This document shows positions 26,378 to 34,610 of a DNA stretch of 53,764 nucleotides, piece after piece. Position numbers and translations under genes: made by a program. Source of the stretch: an uncultured Candidatus Saccharibacteria bacterium. GTDB lineage: Bacteria > Patescibacteriota > Saccharimonadia > Saccharimonadales > CAYOYH01. The notes under the pieces were generated by a model that saw only the letters and a list, made by a program, of their open reading frames with translations, ran no database searches and was not told the origin of the DNA. Location: the NCBI GenBank assembly GCA_964579475.1, contig CAZOFP010000006.1, positions 1-53,764 of the forward strand, in the 5' to 3' direction. Position 1 is the first letter of the stretch, and each line of letters starts with the position of its first letter.

Positions 26378-26634
26378 TAGACAATAGACGATAGATTCTG
26401 GAATCTAGAAAAGTTGAAACGTGCCGACGAAACAGCGAAAACGACAAACTAGGTTATATAACTTATTATATAATTACTTCATTTCTACTCTGTTTTTAGA
26501 TAAAGCATAGCAACCAACATGGTTATATAATTAGATGTTCGACGATGAAATCTAGATTTCAGTTTAGCTCTTGTGTTCTTTTAATCGCTACTGGCTTCTT
26601 ATTCTAACGTCTAGAACCTGTTGTCGAACGTCTA
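26378..26634. repeat. Intergenic cassette bracketed by inverted heptamer arrays
   Basis: Left arm TAGACAA TAGACGA TAGATTC TGGAATC TAGAAAA (26378-26412); right arm TTCTTAT TCTAACG TCTAGAA CCTGTTG TCGAACG TCTA (26596-26634); internal palindrome TGAAATCTAGATTTCA 26546-26561. Confidence 0.75.
26452..26533. repeat. Bipartite palindromic element, copy B (degenerate)
   Basis: GGTTATATAACTTATTATATAAT, 47-nt spacer TACTTCATTTCT..AAAGCATA.., then GTTATATAATTA 69 bp after the first; aligns with 48659-48737. Confidence 0.8.
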
Positions 26635-27126
26635 CACATCACCGTATTCGTAAAGGTGCATGCCTTGGTCAGTTTTTAACACCTTTTTGCCTGGTATTTT
26701 GTACGAATACGAAACAACTTTTACCTTCGCACCCGAATCAATAATTTTTTTGTTCAACTTCTTCAGGAAGCGCATATCTAAGAAAATGAAAATGTTTTTA
26801 GTCTGATTATTAATCTCTACCTTCCACATATCACCCCATCTAACACTCACTAGTTCCCTGTATTTTCGTGTTCGCCAAAGCGCAACCAGCCAAAGTATCG
26901 GATTTAGCTCGTAACCTGTCGCCCTCACGCCTCTTTTTACCGCGGCGAGAAGCACCGCCCCATCGCCAGAGCCAAGGTCTAGAAGATGGTCGCCTTCTTT
27001 CAGATCAAGAAGGTCGAGGGCAGTTTCAATGGGCTGTTTATGGGAACGAACGTAGGGCGACCCGAAAAACACAGTAATGAAAAAAATAACCACAACGCCT
27101 ACGATTAGTATAAGTACGGTAGACAC
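26632..27126 (-). CDS. Membrane-anchored class I SAM-dependent methyltransferase (FAM173/aKMT-like)
   Basis: N-terminal TM, SPYVRS, LLDLGSGDG, GYELNP. Confidence 0.8.
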   Translation of the reverse strand: MSTVLILIVGVVVIFFITVFFGSPYVRSHKQPIETALDLLDLKEGDHLLDLGSGDGAVLLAAVKRGVRATGYELNPILWLVALWRTRKYRELVSVRWGDMWKVEINNQTKNIFIFLDMRFLKKLNKKIIDSGAKVKVVSYSYKIPGKKVLKTDQGMHLYEYGDV

Positions 27127-27336
27127 CTAGCCTACTTTATCGAACGATTTCTTAATCTTGGTGAACTTATTTTTAGTCGTTTTAATGTCTGCCTGCAGCT
27201 GCTCGGCAAGTTTTAAGCCTGCTTCGTATTTGGCCAGAGCTTCGTCAATATCGACATCTTCGGATTCGAACCACTCGACAATCTCTTCAAGCCGTTTCAT
27301 TTTGTTCTGAATAGAATCGCTATTTTTTGCTGACAT
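27127..27336 (-). CDS. xseB: Exodeoxyribonuclease VII small subunit
   Basis: RLEEIVEWFESEDVDIDEALAKYEAGLKL; directly after xseA. Confidence 0.9.
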   Translation of the reverse strand: MSAKNSDSIQNKMKRLEEIVEWFESEDVDIDEALAKYEAGLKLAEQLQADIKTTKNKFTKIKKSFDKVG

Positions 27337-28477
27337 TTTTTACCTCTGTATCAAGTATTGCATCGCTTAATTCTAGCATGACAACTGACCCAATTTTCAA
27401 ACCTTTGCCACTTCGAAGAACTTTACCATCAACCCTAGCTACAGCATAGCCACGCTTTAGAGCCTGCCTTGGATCGTACCCCCGAAGCGTCCTAGACAAA
27501 GAATCTAGTTTCAACTGAGTGTTGTCTAGCAGCTGATTCATACTCTCCTCGATCAGCTGGAGAAGCTCCTTGCGTTTGCCGTCGATTAGTCGGTTCATCG
27601 AAGAAGAAAGCTGGGATTTCCATCTTTCTAAAATGTTGGCATATTCTACCCTATCTGGTAGTAGCAATTGAGCGGCGTTGCTAGGTGTTGAAGCCCTCAC
27701 GTCTGCTGCTAGACCAGCCAGTGTAATATCTACTTCATGACCCACTCCTACGAGCGTCGGCACTCGACTAGTGGCCACTGCACGAGCTACTTGTTCATCG
27801 TTGAAAGCCGCCAAGTCCTCCAGACTACCACCGCCTCGAAGCACAACTATCACTTCCGGCAAATCGGTCATCTCATTCATGTACTCTATTGCAGCGATAA
27901 TCTGATTCGATGCAGCTTCACCCTGTACCTGAACATGAGCCAGCTGGAACTCTACTCCACCCCACAGCTCATTAGCAATCTTCTGAAAATCCATGTAGCC
28001 AGCAGATGTTTCAGAGGCGATTATGCCAACTTTCTTAGGAAACTGGGGCAAAGGGCGTTTTCTTGCGGGGTCGAAAAGACCTTCTTTTTCTAACTTAGCT
28101 TTTAAGATTTCGTAGGCACGTTTGAGCGTTCCCTCGCCTGAGAGTTCGATTTTCTTAACTGTTAGGCTGAAACGACCTTTGTTCGTAAGTTTAGGCGTAG
28201 CTTTTACCTTTATTTTCATCCCGTCTTCAAGCGGAACGCGCAGATTAAATGCCATCAGAAAACAACTTACGCTTGCACTCTCATCCTTGAGGTCAAAGAA
28301 CACAAACTTGCCTTGGTTGATACTAAATCCAGACACTTCGCCCTCTACTTCAACGTCAGGATACGCCATATCCAGTGTTTGATTGATGGCTGCAACAAAT
28401 TCCGAGACCGTAAAAGTTGGCGCTAAACCAGGCAACTCGCCATCTTCTGGGTTGAAAAAATCTAGATTATTTTCCAT
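27320..28477 (-). CDS. xseA: Exodeoxyribonuclease VII large subunit
   Basis: VEGEVSG..FFDLKDE OB-fold, LEKEGLFD, RGGGSLEDL..FNDE, GVGHEVD, RASTPSNAA, LKRGYA. Confidence 0.95.
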   Translation of the reverse strand: MENNLDFFNPEDGELPGLAPTFTVSEFVAAINQTLDMAYPDVEVEGEVSGFSINQGKFVFFDLKDESASVSCFLMAFNLRVPLEDGMKIKVKATPKLTNKGRFSLTVKKIELSGEGTLKRAYEILKAKLEKEGLFDPARKRPLPQFPKKVGIIASETSAGYMDFQKIANELWGGVEFQLAHVQVQGEAASNQIIAAIEYMNEMTDLPEVIVVLRGGGSLEDLAAFNDEQVARAVATSRVPTLVGVGHEVDITLAGLAADVRASTPSNAAQLLLPDRVEYANILERWKSQLSSSMNRLIDGKRKELLQLIEESMNQLLDNTQLKLDSLSRTLRGYDPRQALKRGYAVARVDGKVLRSGKGLKIGSVVMLELSDAILDTEVKNVSKK

Positions 28478-29510
28478 CTGCTTTGCTTGGCGGCTTTAAG
28501 TACTGAGTGTAGACAAAGAAACCTATCGGTAAGACGATTAATTTATTGAACACCCTGTAGAGCAAAGTACCAGAAATCGCCACCGCCGTATCGACTCCCG
28601 CACTGCTCAAGACAAAAACCATCGCCGCCTCGTGCACTCCAACGTCTCCAGGAATAATCGATATCGCTCCGACAATATTGGCAAATGCGAACGCAACAAT
28701 CACTATGCCTGGGTTTAAGGTCTCGCCTACTGCAAGATACGACAAATAAACGATGGATAGTTGCACCGAAGCCGCCCCAATCATATACAGATAGGGTTTC
28801 AGTATTTGTGAGCGATTTCTCAGCAATTCACCTGCACCGGAATGAAAATCACCGAGATTCTTTTTCAGCGCATCTTCTTTGATTAGATTATCCTTCTTGA
28901 AAAATTTACTGGCGAGATTGTTAATAAATCCGGTTATCAACTTTACGAACTTGTCGATATGATTCTGAGCATCCAAAAGATAGCGAATAAATACTGCCCC
29001 GATTAGTAATCCAATGAAAAGCGCAACTCCAAGCCAAAGCGCTGTGTCGTTGACGCTGTCGTCTCGAAACAAAAATACCAGACCCACAGGCACGATAATT
29101 AGGTATGCCATGTAGTTAAGTAAGTAGCGAGAAATTTGGACAATTGTCGTCAATCCTACAGAGGCTACCGTGCGCAGAGCGTAGGCAATGTATGACATAC
29201 CCGACACCCCGCCCGAAGGCAGTACTTGCTCGACAAAATAAAGCGAAACCACCGTGCCGTAAGCCCGAAGATAAGGCACTTTATGGTCGAATATCGAGAG
29301 TGCATTTTTGTAGTAACCCGCAATGAACAAGTACGCTACAAATTGCATCAGCGGTAGAATAACCAGAATTCGGATATCTACGCCTTTAAGTATTTCGAAA
29401 GTATCTGCGATTACTTCGCGTCCGGTATATAGGATTATTGCGAACCCCGCTAGCGCTAGTCCAATGAAGAACCATTGCCACTTCGAACGCCTGCTCCGAT
29501 TTTTACTCAT
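28467..29510 (-). CDS. Lysylphosphatidylglycerol synthase TM / UPF0104 flippase-like membrane protein
   Basis: Multi-TM; VLPSGGVSG, IPGDVGVHE, LLYRVF motifs. Confidence 0.8.
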   Translation of the reverse strand: MSKNRSRRSKWQWFFIGLALAGFAIILYTGREVIADTFEILKGVDIRILVILPLMQFVAYLFIAGYYKNALSIFDHKVPYLRAYGTVVSLYFVEQVLPSGGVSGMSYIAYALRTVASVGLTTIVQISRYLLNYMAYLIIVPVGLVFLFRDDSVNDTALWLGVALFIGLLIGAVFIRYLLDAQNHIDKFVKLITGFINNLASKFFKKDNLIKEDALKKNLGDFHSGAGELLRNRSQILKPYLYMIGAASVQLSIVYLSYLAVGETLNPGIVIVAFAFANIVGAISIIPGDVGVHEAAMVFVLSSAGVDTAVAISGTLLYRVFNKLIVLPIGFFVYTQYLKPPSKADGK

Positions 29511-29533
29511 GGCGCATATTATACGGCAAAATT

Positions 29534-29714
29534 TAGATGACCGACGACAGATTCTAGACGCTAGAATTGAGAATTATTAATTGTAAACTTGGAATTCTAT
29601 GTTGCCCGCTACCTAGCAATTAGAATATTGGCTTTCTTTATTCTTTACCCTGCTTTGTTTTTGCTGAGTGATATTTCACTCTAGCATCTAGAATCTAACG
29701 TCTATATTCTAACT
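29534..29714. repeat. Divergent intergenic region bracketed by inverted heptamer arrays
   Basis: Left TAGATGA CCGACGA CAGATTC TAGACGC TAGAATT GAGAATT (29534-29575); right TCTAGCA TCTAGAA TCTAACG TCTATAT TCTAACT (29680-29714), ending 2 nt before ATG 29717. Confidence 0.8.
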
Positions 29715-29716
29715 AC

Positions 29717-30976
29717 ATGTTTATATCTATACTCGGACGACAACCCGGACTTTCTCTTGCTGAGTTAGAAGTATTATTTGGCGCTGAAAGAATCACCAAA
29801 CTATCAGACCAGGCAGCACTAATCGACGACGAAGCTCCAGATGTAAATAAACTGGGCGGGTCAATAAAGATAATCGAAAATGTTTATCGTTTCGAAGCTT
29901 CAAACTGGCAACAAACAACCAGTATGATTACAAAATTCATAAAAGACCACACGCTAAACTATGGTAAAGGCAAAATGAACATCGGGCTCAGCGTGTATGA
30001 TGACGCTACTGCCAAACCGAAAGATATTCAGAAGTACCTGATTAATACAAAAAAAGAGATGCGTTCCGCTGGGCTTTCTGTCCGGGTCATTCCAAACAAG
30101 AAAGTTGAACTAAACAGCGCTCAGGTACTTCACAACAAACTCACCGCTGAAAAAAACGCCGAATTTGTTTTAATCAAGACAAACAAAAATAACATGTACT
30201 GGATTGGTCGCACCCACAGCGTGCAGGATATCGAAGCCCTCGCCCGCCGTGACCAAGGTCGCCCAAAAAGAGACAGCCGCGTCGGCATGTTACCACCGAA
30301 ACTAGCTCTGATGATGGTCAATTTAGGATCTACGAGACGGGAGACGGGAGTTGGGAGTCAAACCTTGGCTATCGCTGGACTCAATGAACACAAACAAGAA
30401 ATTAGCGACAATACGTCTAAAACAATTCTAGACCCTTTTTGCGGGACTGGGGTTGTGCTTCAGGAATCACTACTCCTCGGCTACAACGTTTATGGTACCG
30501 ACCTTGAGCAACGAATGATCGAATATACTAACGATAACCTACAGTGGCTGGTGAACAATCACCTTGGAGGAGACCCTGCTTTTCAACCACCCGCAATCCA
30601 ACTTGAGCAAGGTGACGCTCGATACCATAAATGGACAAAACCATTAGACACGGTAATCTGCGAAACTTACCTCGGTCCTCCGATGAGCTCCGCACCTGCT
30701 CCTGATAAACTCGCAGTTGTTCGTTCCGAGGTGAATTCACTGCTGAAAACTTTCCTGCGCAACATCCACAAACAGCTCGATCTAGGCGCATCGCTTTGCG
30801 TAGCAGTTCCCGCCTGGAGAGTTGGTGGCAAAATCCTCCACCTAAATCTTCTTGACGACCTCGAGAAATTGGGCTATACTCGGCGGGTTCTTAAACACGC
30901 GAGCAACGAGGAGTTGATTTATCGACGACCAAACCAAACTGTAGCTCGCGAAATACTAATTCTCGAGAGGAATTAA
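29717..30976 (+). CDS. Trm11/UPF0020-like SAM-dependent RNA methyltransferase
   Basis: GMLPPKLALMMVNL, ILDPFCGTG, GTDL, GDA, ICETYLGP; precedes rpmA. Confidence 0.75.
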   Translation: MFISILGRQPGLSLAELEVLFGAERITKLSDQAALIDDEAPDVNKLGGSIKIIENVYRFEASNWQQTTSMITKFIKDHTLNYGKGKMNIGLSVYDDATAKPKDIQKYLINTKKEMRSAGLSVRVIPNKKVELNSAQVLHNKLTAEKNAEFVLIKTNKNNMYWIGRTHSVQDIEALARRDQGRPKRDSRVGMLPPKLALMMVNLGSTRRETGVGSQTLAIAGLNEHKQEISDNTSKTILDPFCGTGVVLQESLLLGYNVYGTDLEQRMIEYTNDNLQWLVNNHLGGDPAFQPPAIQLEQGDARYHKWTKPLDTVICETYLGPPMSSAPAPDKLAVVRSEVNSLLKTFLRNIHKQLDLGASLCVAVPAWRVGGKILHLNLLDDLEKLGYTRRVLKHASNEELIYRRPNQTVAREILILERN

Positions 30977-31249
30977 ATGTCAAAGACTAAAGCCGGCGGC
31001 ACAGCCAAAAACGTACATGACTCACCCGGTCAACGACTAGGTGTGAAAGCTTTTGGTGGTGAAACTGTTTCTACTGGCGCAATTCTCGTCCGACAAATCG
31101 GACGAACTAAAATTTCTGGTCCTGGCACCAAGATGGGTCGCGATTACACTATCTTCGCTACAAAAGACGGCAAAGTTGAATTCCGCTCAACCAAAGTAAA
31201 AAAATTCACCGGCAAAACCGTCCCCCGAACTGAAGTTCGAGTTATTTAA
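30977..31249 (+). CDS. rpmA: 50S ribosomal protein L27
   Basis: KAGG..N..DSPGQRLGVK.FGGE.V..GAILVRQ..TK..GRDYTIFATKDGKVEF. Confidence 0.96.
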   Translation: MSKTKAGGTAKNVHDSPGQRLGVKAFGGETVSTGAILVRQIGRTKISGPGTKMGRDYTIFATKDGKVEFRSTKVKKFTGKTVPRTEVRVI

Positions 31250-31259
31250 TAGATAAAAA

Positions 31260-32693
31260 CTACATTCTCAGAGACGATAGACCAGCAATTAAATTGTGAG
31301 TGCTCTTGATGGCTCTGCTAAGCTCCTCTTGTTGCGCAGCTGGATGCTGCTGACCATGAAGTGCTTCTCTTATCCTAATCAATCCAAGTCTAATGTCATT
31401 TCCTAGGTTTGCCCTGTTGTAGCTAGCAGTTTGAAGGTAGTTCGTAAAATTAAATTGTTTTTCAAACTGAGTTCTTACAAGTTGCTCTACGTTTTGTCCA
31501 CCCAAAGATTTAAGGTTTTCTGAAAACTCTCTAATTACGAAGCGCTCGTGTTCGTTAAGCTTATAGTCTTTTCCATTTTGTGCTTCTTCAGTGTCTACGC
31601 CTTCTTCACCAGCAAATTTGCGACGTCTTTGTTCTGACAACTTAATATCGTCGGCTGTTTGAACCTGTAAAATTTCTGTTTGTCCCATTTGGGCTCGTGC
31701 GGCAGTTACTCCCTGCTCAATCGAATCAACAAACCGATTCGATCGTACTAGTTGTGCTTCCGCTTGTTCCAACCTCAACCTATCCATAACTCCGCTATTT
31801 GCAAGACTGCTTATGGACGCCTTTAAATCTTGCTCCATGAGTCTAAAATTTCTAATGTTGTTATCTAGTTTTCCGTTGAATTCTTCTGTACTAGAAGATT
31901 CCACGCCACGAAAATAACTTCTCATCAGCTCTGATTCATTCTGGGTTTCTTGCCATGTTTGTAACAGTTCCAAAATGACAAGCTGTAATGCCTTAGCTGT
32001 TCTCGATTCTTCTGTCATTTCTGTATTATCAGAAGGTATCTCTTTCATCAACACGGCTTCAATAGCCTCTGGATCAATCAGTGTAGTATCGATAAGTTTA
32101 TCAAAGTCCCCCTCCTGGGTTTCGCTGGCTTCTTGAGATCCAATTTCAGCAGCTTCAGATTCCGTAGATTCGTTACTACTGGGTGACAAATCATTAAACG
32201 GATTAACTACACTGGTCACGTAGTCCTCAAGCGATTTCATTGGCTCATCCATAATAATTTTAGTTATTTTTGAGGAAATCTTCTCAGCTTGGTCGTCAGT
32301 TAACTCGTCTTTCTCACACTTCTTTGTGAGAATATCACTTATAAATTGGAGTAAACTTTCTCTAATCTTCACGTCTGTCGGAGAATCTTCTCCCTCTTCC
32401 TCGGTGCTTATGAAGTCTTCTATTCGAGTAATAAATCCATCGCCTAGGGCCCCGCGAATGTACGCTTTACCTTCTCTAGAATGTGCCCACTGCTCGTTAC
32501 CCTTTTTAACATCCTCGTACTGAGGTTTAACTACCTTGCTTAAAATTGAATCCGAATCGATACCTGCATCCTCTAACCCCTGTTTAAACACTTCAAGCTC
32601 AGCAGGAAAATAATCTGGGTCTGCAACACGCTTCAACGCCTTTTGAAGTTCATCGGGAGTTATTGTTTCACTCAGGTTATCGTGTTCAGTCAT
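31260..32693 (-). CDS. Hypothetical acidic, helical/coiled-coil protein
   Basis: 477-aa ORF, Glu/Asp/Gln-rich, no TM or recognised motif; GAAGG RBS. Confidence 0.75.
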   Translation of the reverse strand: MTEHDNLSETITPDELQKALKRVADPDYFPAELEVFKQGLEDAGIDSDSILSKVVKPQYEDVKKGNEQWAHSREGKAYIRGALGDGFITRIEDFISTEEEGEDSPTDVKIRESLLQFISDILTKKCEKDELTDDQAEKISSKITKIIMDEPMKSLEDYVTSVVNPFNDLSPSSNESTESEAAEIGSQEASETQEGDFDKLIDTTLIDPEAIEAVLMKEIPSDNTEMTEESRTAKALQLVILELLQTWQETQNESELMRSYFRGVESSSTEEFNGKLDNNIRNFRLMEQDLKASISSLANSGVMDRLRLEQAEAQLVRSNRFVDSIEQGVTAARAQMGQTEILQVQTADDIKLSEQRRRKFAGEEGVDTEEAQNGKDYKLNEHERFVIREFSENLKSLGGQNVEQLVRTQFEKQFNFTNYLQTASYNRANLGNDIRLGLIRIREALHGQQHPAAQQEELSRAIKSTHNLIAGLSSLRM

Positions 32694-32711
32694 GCTGCCT
32701 TCAATTCTTAA

Positions 32712-33050
32712 TTACTCTCTGGAGGGCAAGCTACTTGTATCGACAACTTCAAAGCCATGATCAGTTTCTACTAATGTCTTCCCTAACGGAAGCCCTTCTT
32801 GCGCCTGCCTAATCGCCATAGGCCCAACATCTTCGGGATCTATAGGTATAGCCTCTCTACCTGTAACATGAGGAACCACTTCCCATGCCAATAACGGTAC
32901 GACCTTCCTGTCTTTATTCTCTTCAGTTCCATTAAGTGGAGACGTGTCGATTAATTCCGGACTTAAATCGTTTACTGCAGAATCTGAGGGTTGTTCTATA
33001 CCAGGAACACTTGTAATTAATTTTGGATTTGCTGTTTCGGGACTAGACAT
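32712..33050 (-). CDS. Hypothetical Pro/Ser/acidic protein
   Basis: Start placed at ATG 33050 after AAGGA and downstream of the promoter at 33091-33119. Confidence 0.6.
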   Translation of the reverse strand: MSSPETANPKLITSVPGIEQPSDSAVNDLSPELIDTSPLNGTEENKDRKVVPLLAWEVVPHVTGREAIPIDPEDVGPMAIRQAQEGLPLGKTLVETDHGFEVVDTSSLPSRE

Positions 33051-33090
33051 CTTTATCCTTTTGTTTAATATAATCGACTTACTACTGTTG

Positions 33091-33119
33091 ATTGTAGCAT
33101 AAGCTTTAAGAAAAGTCAA
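33091..33119 (-). promoter_or_regulatory. Promoter TTGACT-N17-TACAAT with extended TG
   Basis: Minus strand TTGACT TTTCTTAAAGCTTATGC TACAAT. Confidence 0.65.
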
Positions 33120-33706
33120 GTCTGTGGTGTTTGTGGTTCAAGTGGTGCAGGAGACTTCTCTTCGGTAGCTAGGAGTTCCTGAAAGTCTGCGCCTGTTACG
33201 TCTGCCGGGAAAGTGTCCTGGATTATTCCTTCCTTGTCGATGAAAACTTTGGTGCTCGTATACGTAATACCATACTGCTGTGCTACGCTGCCGTTGGTAT
33301 CAAAAACTACTGGAAACTTCAGACTAAGATTATCGACAAAATTACTAACAAGAGATTTTGATTCTCGTGAGTTCACAGCAATTACTTCTACTTGGTCGCC
33401 ATACTTTTCGTACAGTGCGCTTAGTTTAGGCATGTCACGTCGACAATTTGGGCACCATGTAGCCCAGAAGTCTAGAATAACCGGTTTCTCCCCCTTGTAG
33501 TCCGCAAATGTTATTGCGCCCCCCTCCAGGCTTTGCAAAGTGAAGTCGGGAGTTTCAGTCTTCGGAGCAGCGTCCCGTTGTGATGCAGCCTGTTCTGTAA
33601 GTGATTGCAGGTCTGAGGAACCGCCAAGCGACAAAAGTCCTCCAATAATCCCAACTGTTACAACAACTCCAATTACAATTGCTACCGTTTTATTCACACC
33701 ACACAC
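33116..33706 (-). CDS. TlpA/ResA-like membrane-anchored thiol-disulfide oxidoreductase
   Basis: N-terminal TM, PDFTL, ILDFWATWCPNCRRDMP (CxxC). Confidence 0.88.
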   Translation of the reverse strand: MCGVNKTVAIVIGVVVTVGIIGGLLSLGGSSDLQSLTEQAASQRDAAPKTETPDFTLQSLEGGAITFADYKGEKPVILDFWATWCPNCRRDMPKLSALYEKYGDQVEVIAVNSRESKSLVSNFVDNLSLKFPVVFDTNGSVAQQYGITYTSTKVFIDKEGIIQDTFPADVTGADFQELLATEEKSPAPLEPQTPQT

Positions 33707-33769
33707 CTCTTAATGTTTAAGTAAATACTAAAACAAATGCATATGCATTCAAGTGTATTTAAGCAGTTA

Positions 33770-34162
33770 CTAAAAGTTATCCGCTGTTGACTCTTGTTGG
33801 ATTTCGATTTCCAATTGACGTCTTTCGTCTACTGGTTTGTCTAATTCTGCAATCAATAGTGTCTCGAGGCTAGGCCTTAGGTATATTGGGATGATCAGCT
33901 TCCCAGGCTCCCCTTTTTGAATTTTTTCCTGTTTATCAAGCCAAGCGGGAATAAACGTCCTGTAAGGTCTTTTGTGATCTTGAACAGAACGGTTAGGATT
34001 CTCCACAAATTTATTCCAGTACGTAACAATCTTGTCAGTTGACACTTCATGCCCTTCGATAACTAAATTACCAGTTGTCGACATTGCCTGTAGATGCTCC
34101 TCAAGTTCTTCTACTGTGCTCAGAACAAGAGGCTCGCTCTCTGTGGGTTCGCCTTCAATCAT
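33770..34162 (-). CDS. Hypothetical protein
   Basis: 130-aa acidic ORF 3 nt after the response regulator stop. Confidence 0.6.
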   Translation of the reverse strand: MIEGEPTESEPLVLSTVEELEEHLQAMSTTGNLVIEGHEVSTDKIVTYWNKFVENPNRSVQDHKRPYRTFIPAWLDKQEKIQKGEPGKLIIPIYLRPSLETLLIAELDKPVDERRQLEIEIQQESTADNF

Positions 34163-34165
34163 CTG

Positions 34166-34558
34166 CTACTGTTGGATACCTAGATGGTAGCGGACGCGGT
34201 CAACAACATCGGCTATAACGACTTGGGATTTGACCAGATAATCATCTACACCCATCTCTTTGGCACGTTCCTTGTCTTTCTCCTGGGAAAGGGCTGTTAG
34301 CATGACAATTCGTACATTTGCCGTTTCTGGAGTGTTCCTTAAGATGTCTAGCACGTCGAAACCGCTGATTTTGGGCATCATCACGTCCAGAAGAATCAGC
34401 TCAGGTTTGAATTCGATGGCGTTGGTCAGTGCTTCCTCGCCGTTGGCGACGTGTCGAACATCGAAACCTTCAGCTTCGAACCTCTCGATATATACGCTTG
34501 CTAGTGACTCATCATCTTCGACGAGTAATATTTTATGCTTTTTTTGCTCTTCGGCCAC
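34166..34558 (-). CDS. Single-domain response regulator (receiver)
   Basis: KILLVEDD, LILLDVMMPKISGFDVL, MLTA, DDYLVK; GTG start at 34558 after AAGGA. Confidence 0.9.
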   Translation of the reverse strand: MAEEQKKHKILLVEDDESLASVYIERFEAEGFDVRHVANGEEALTNAIEFKPELILLDVMMPKISGFDVLDILRNTPETANVRIVMLTALSQEKDKERAKEMGVDDYLVKSQVVIADVVDRVRYHLGIQQ

Positions 34559-34610
34559 TTTGATTGTTCCTTGATTAGTTCTCTTAAGCACTTATGCTAA
34601 CGCATGAGCA

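Noticed and set aside
27262..27272. GGTTCGAATCC on the minus strand, resembling a tRNA T-arm
   Set aside because: Lies inside xseB (codons WFES); no acceptor stem or cloverleaf around it.
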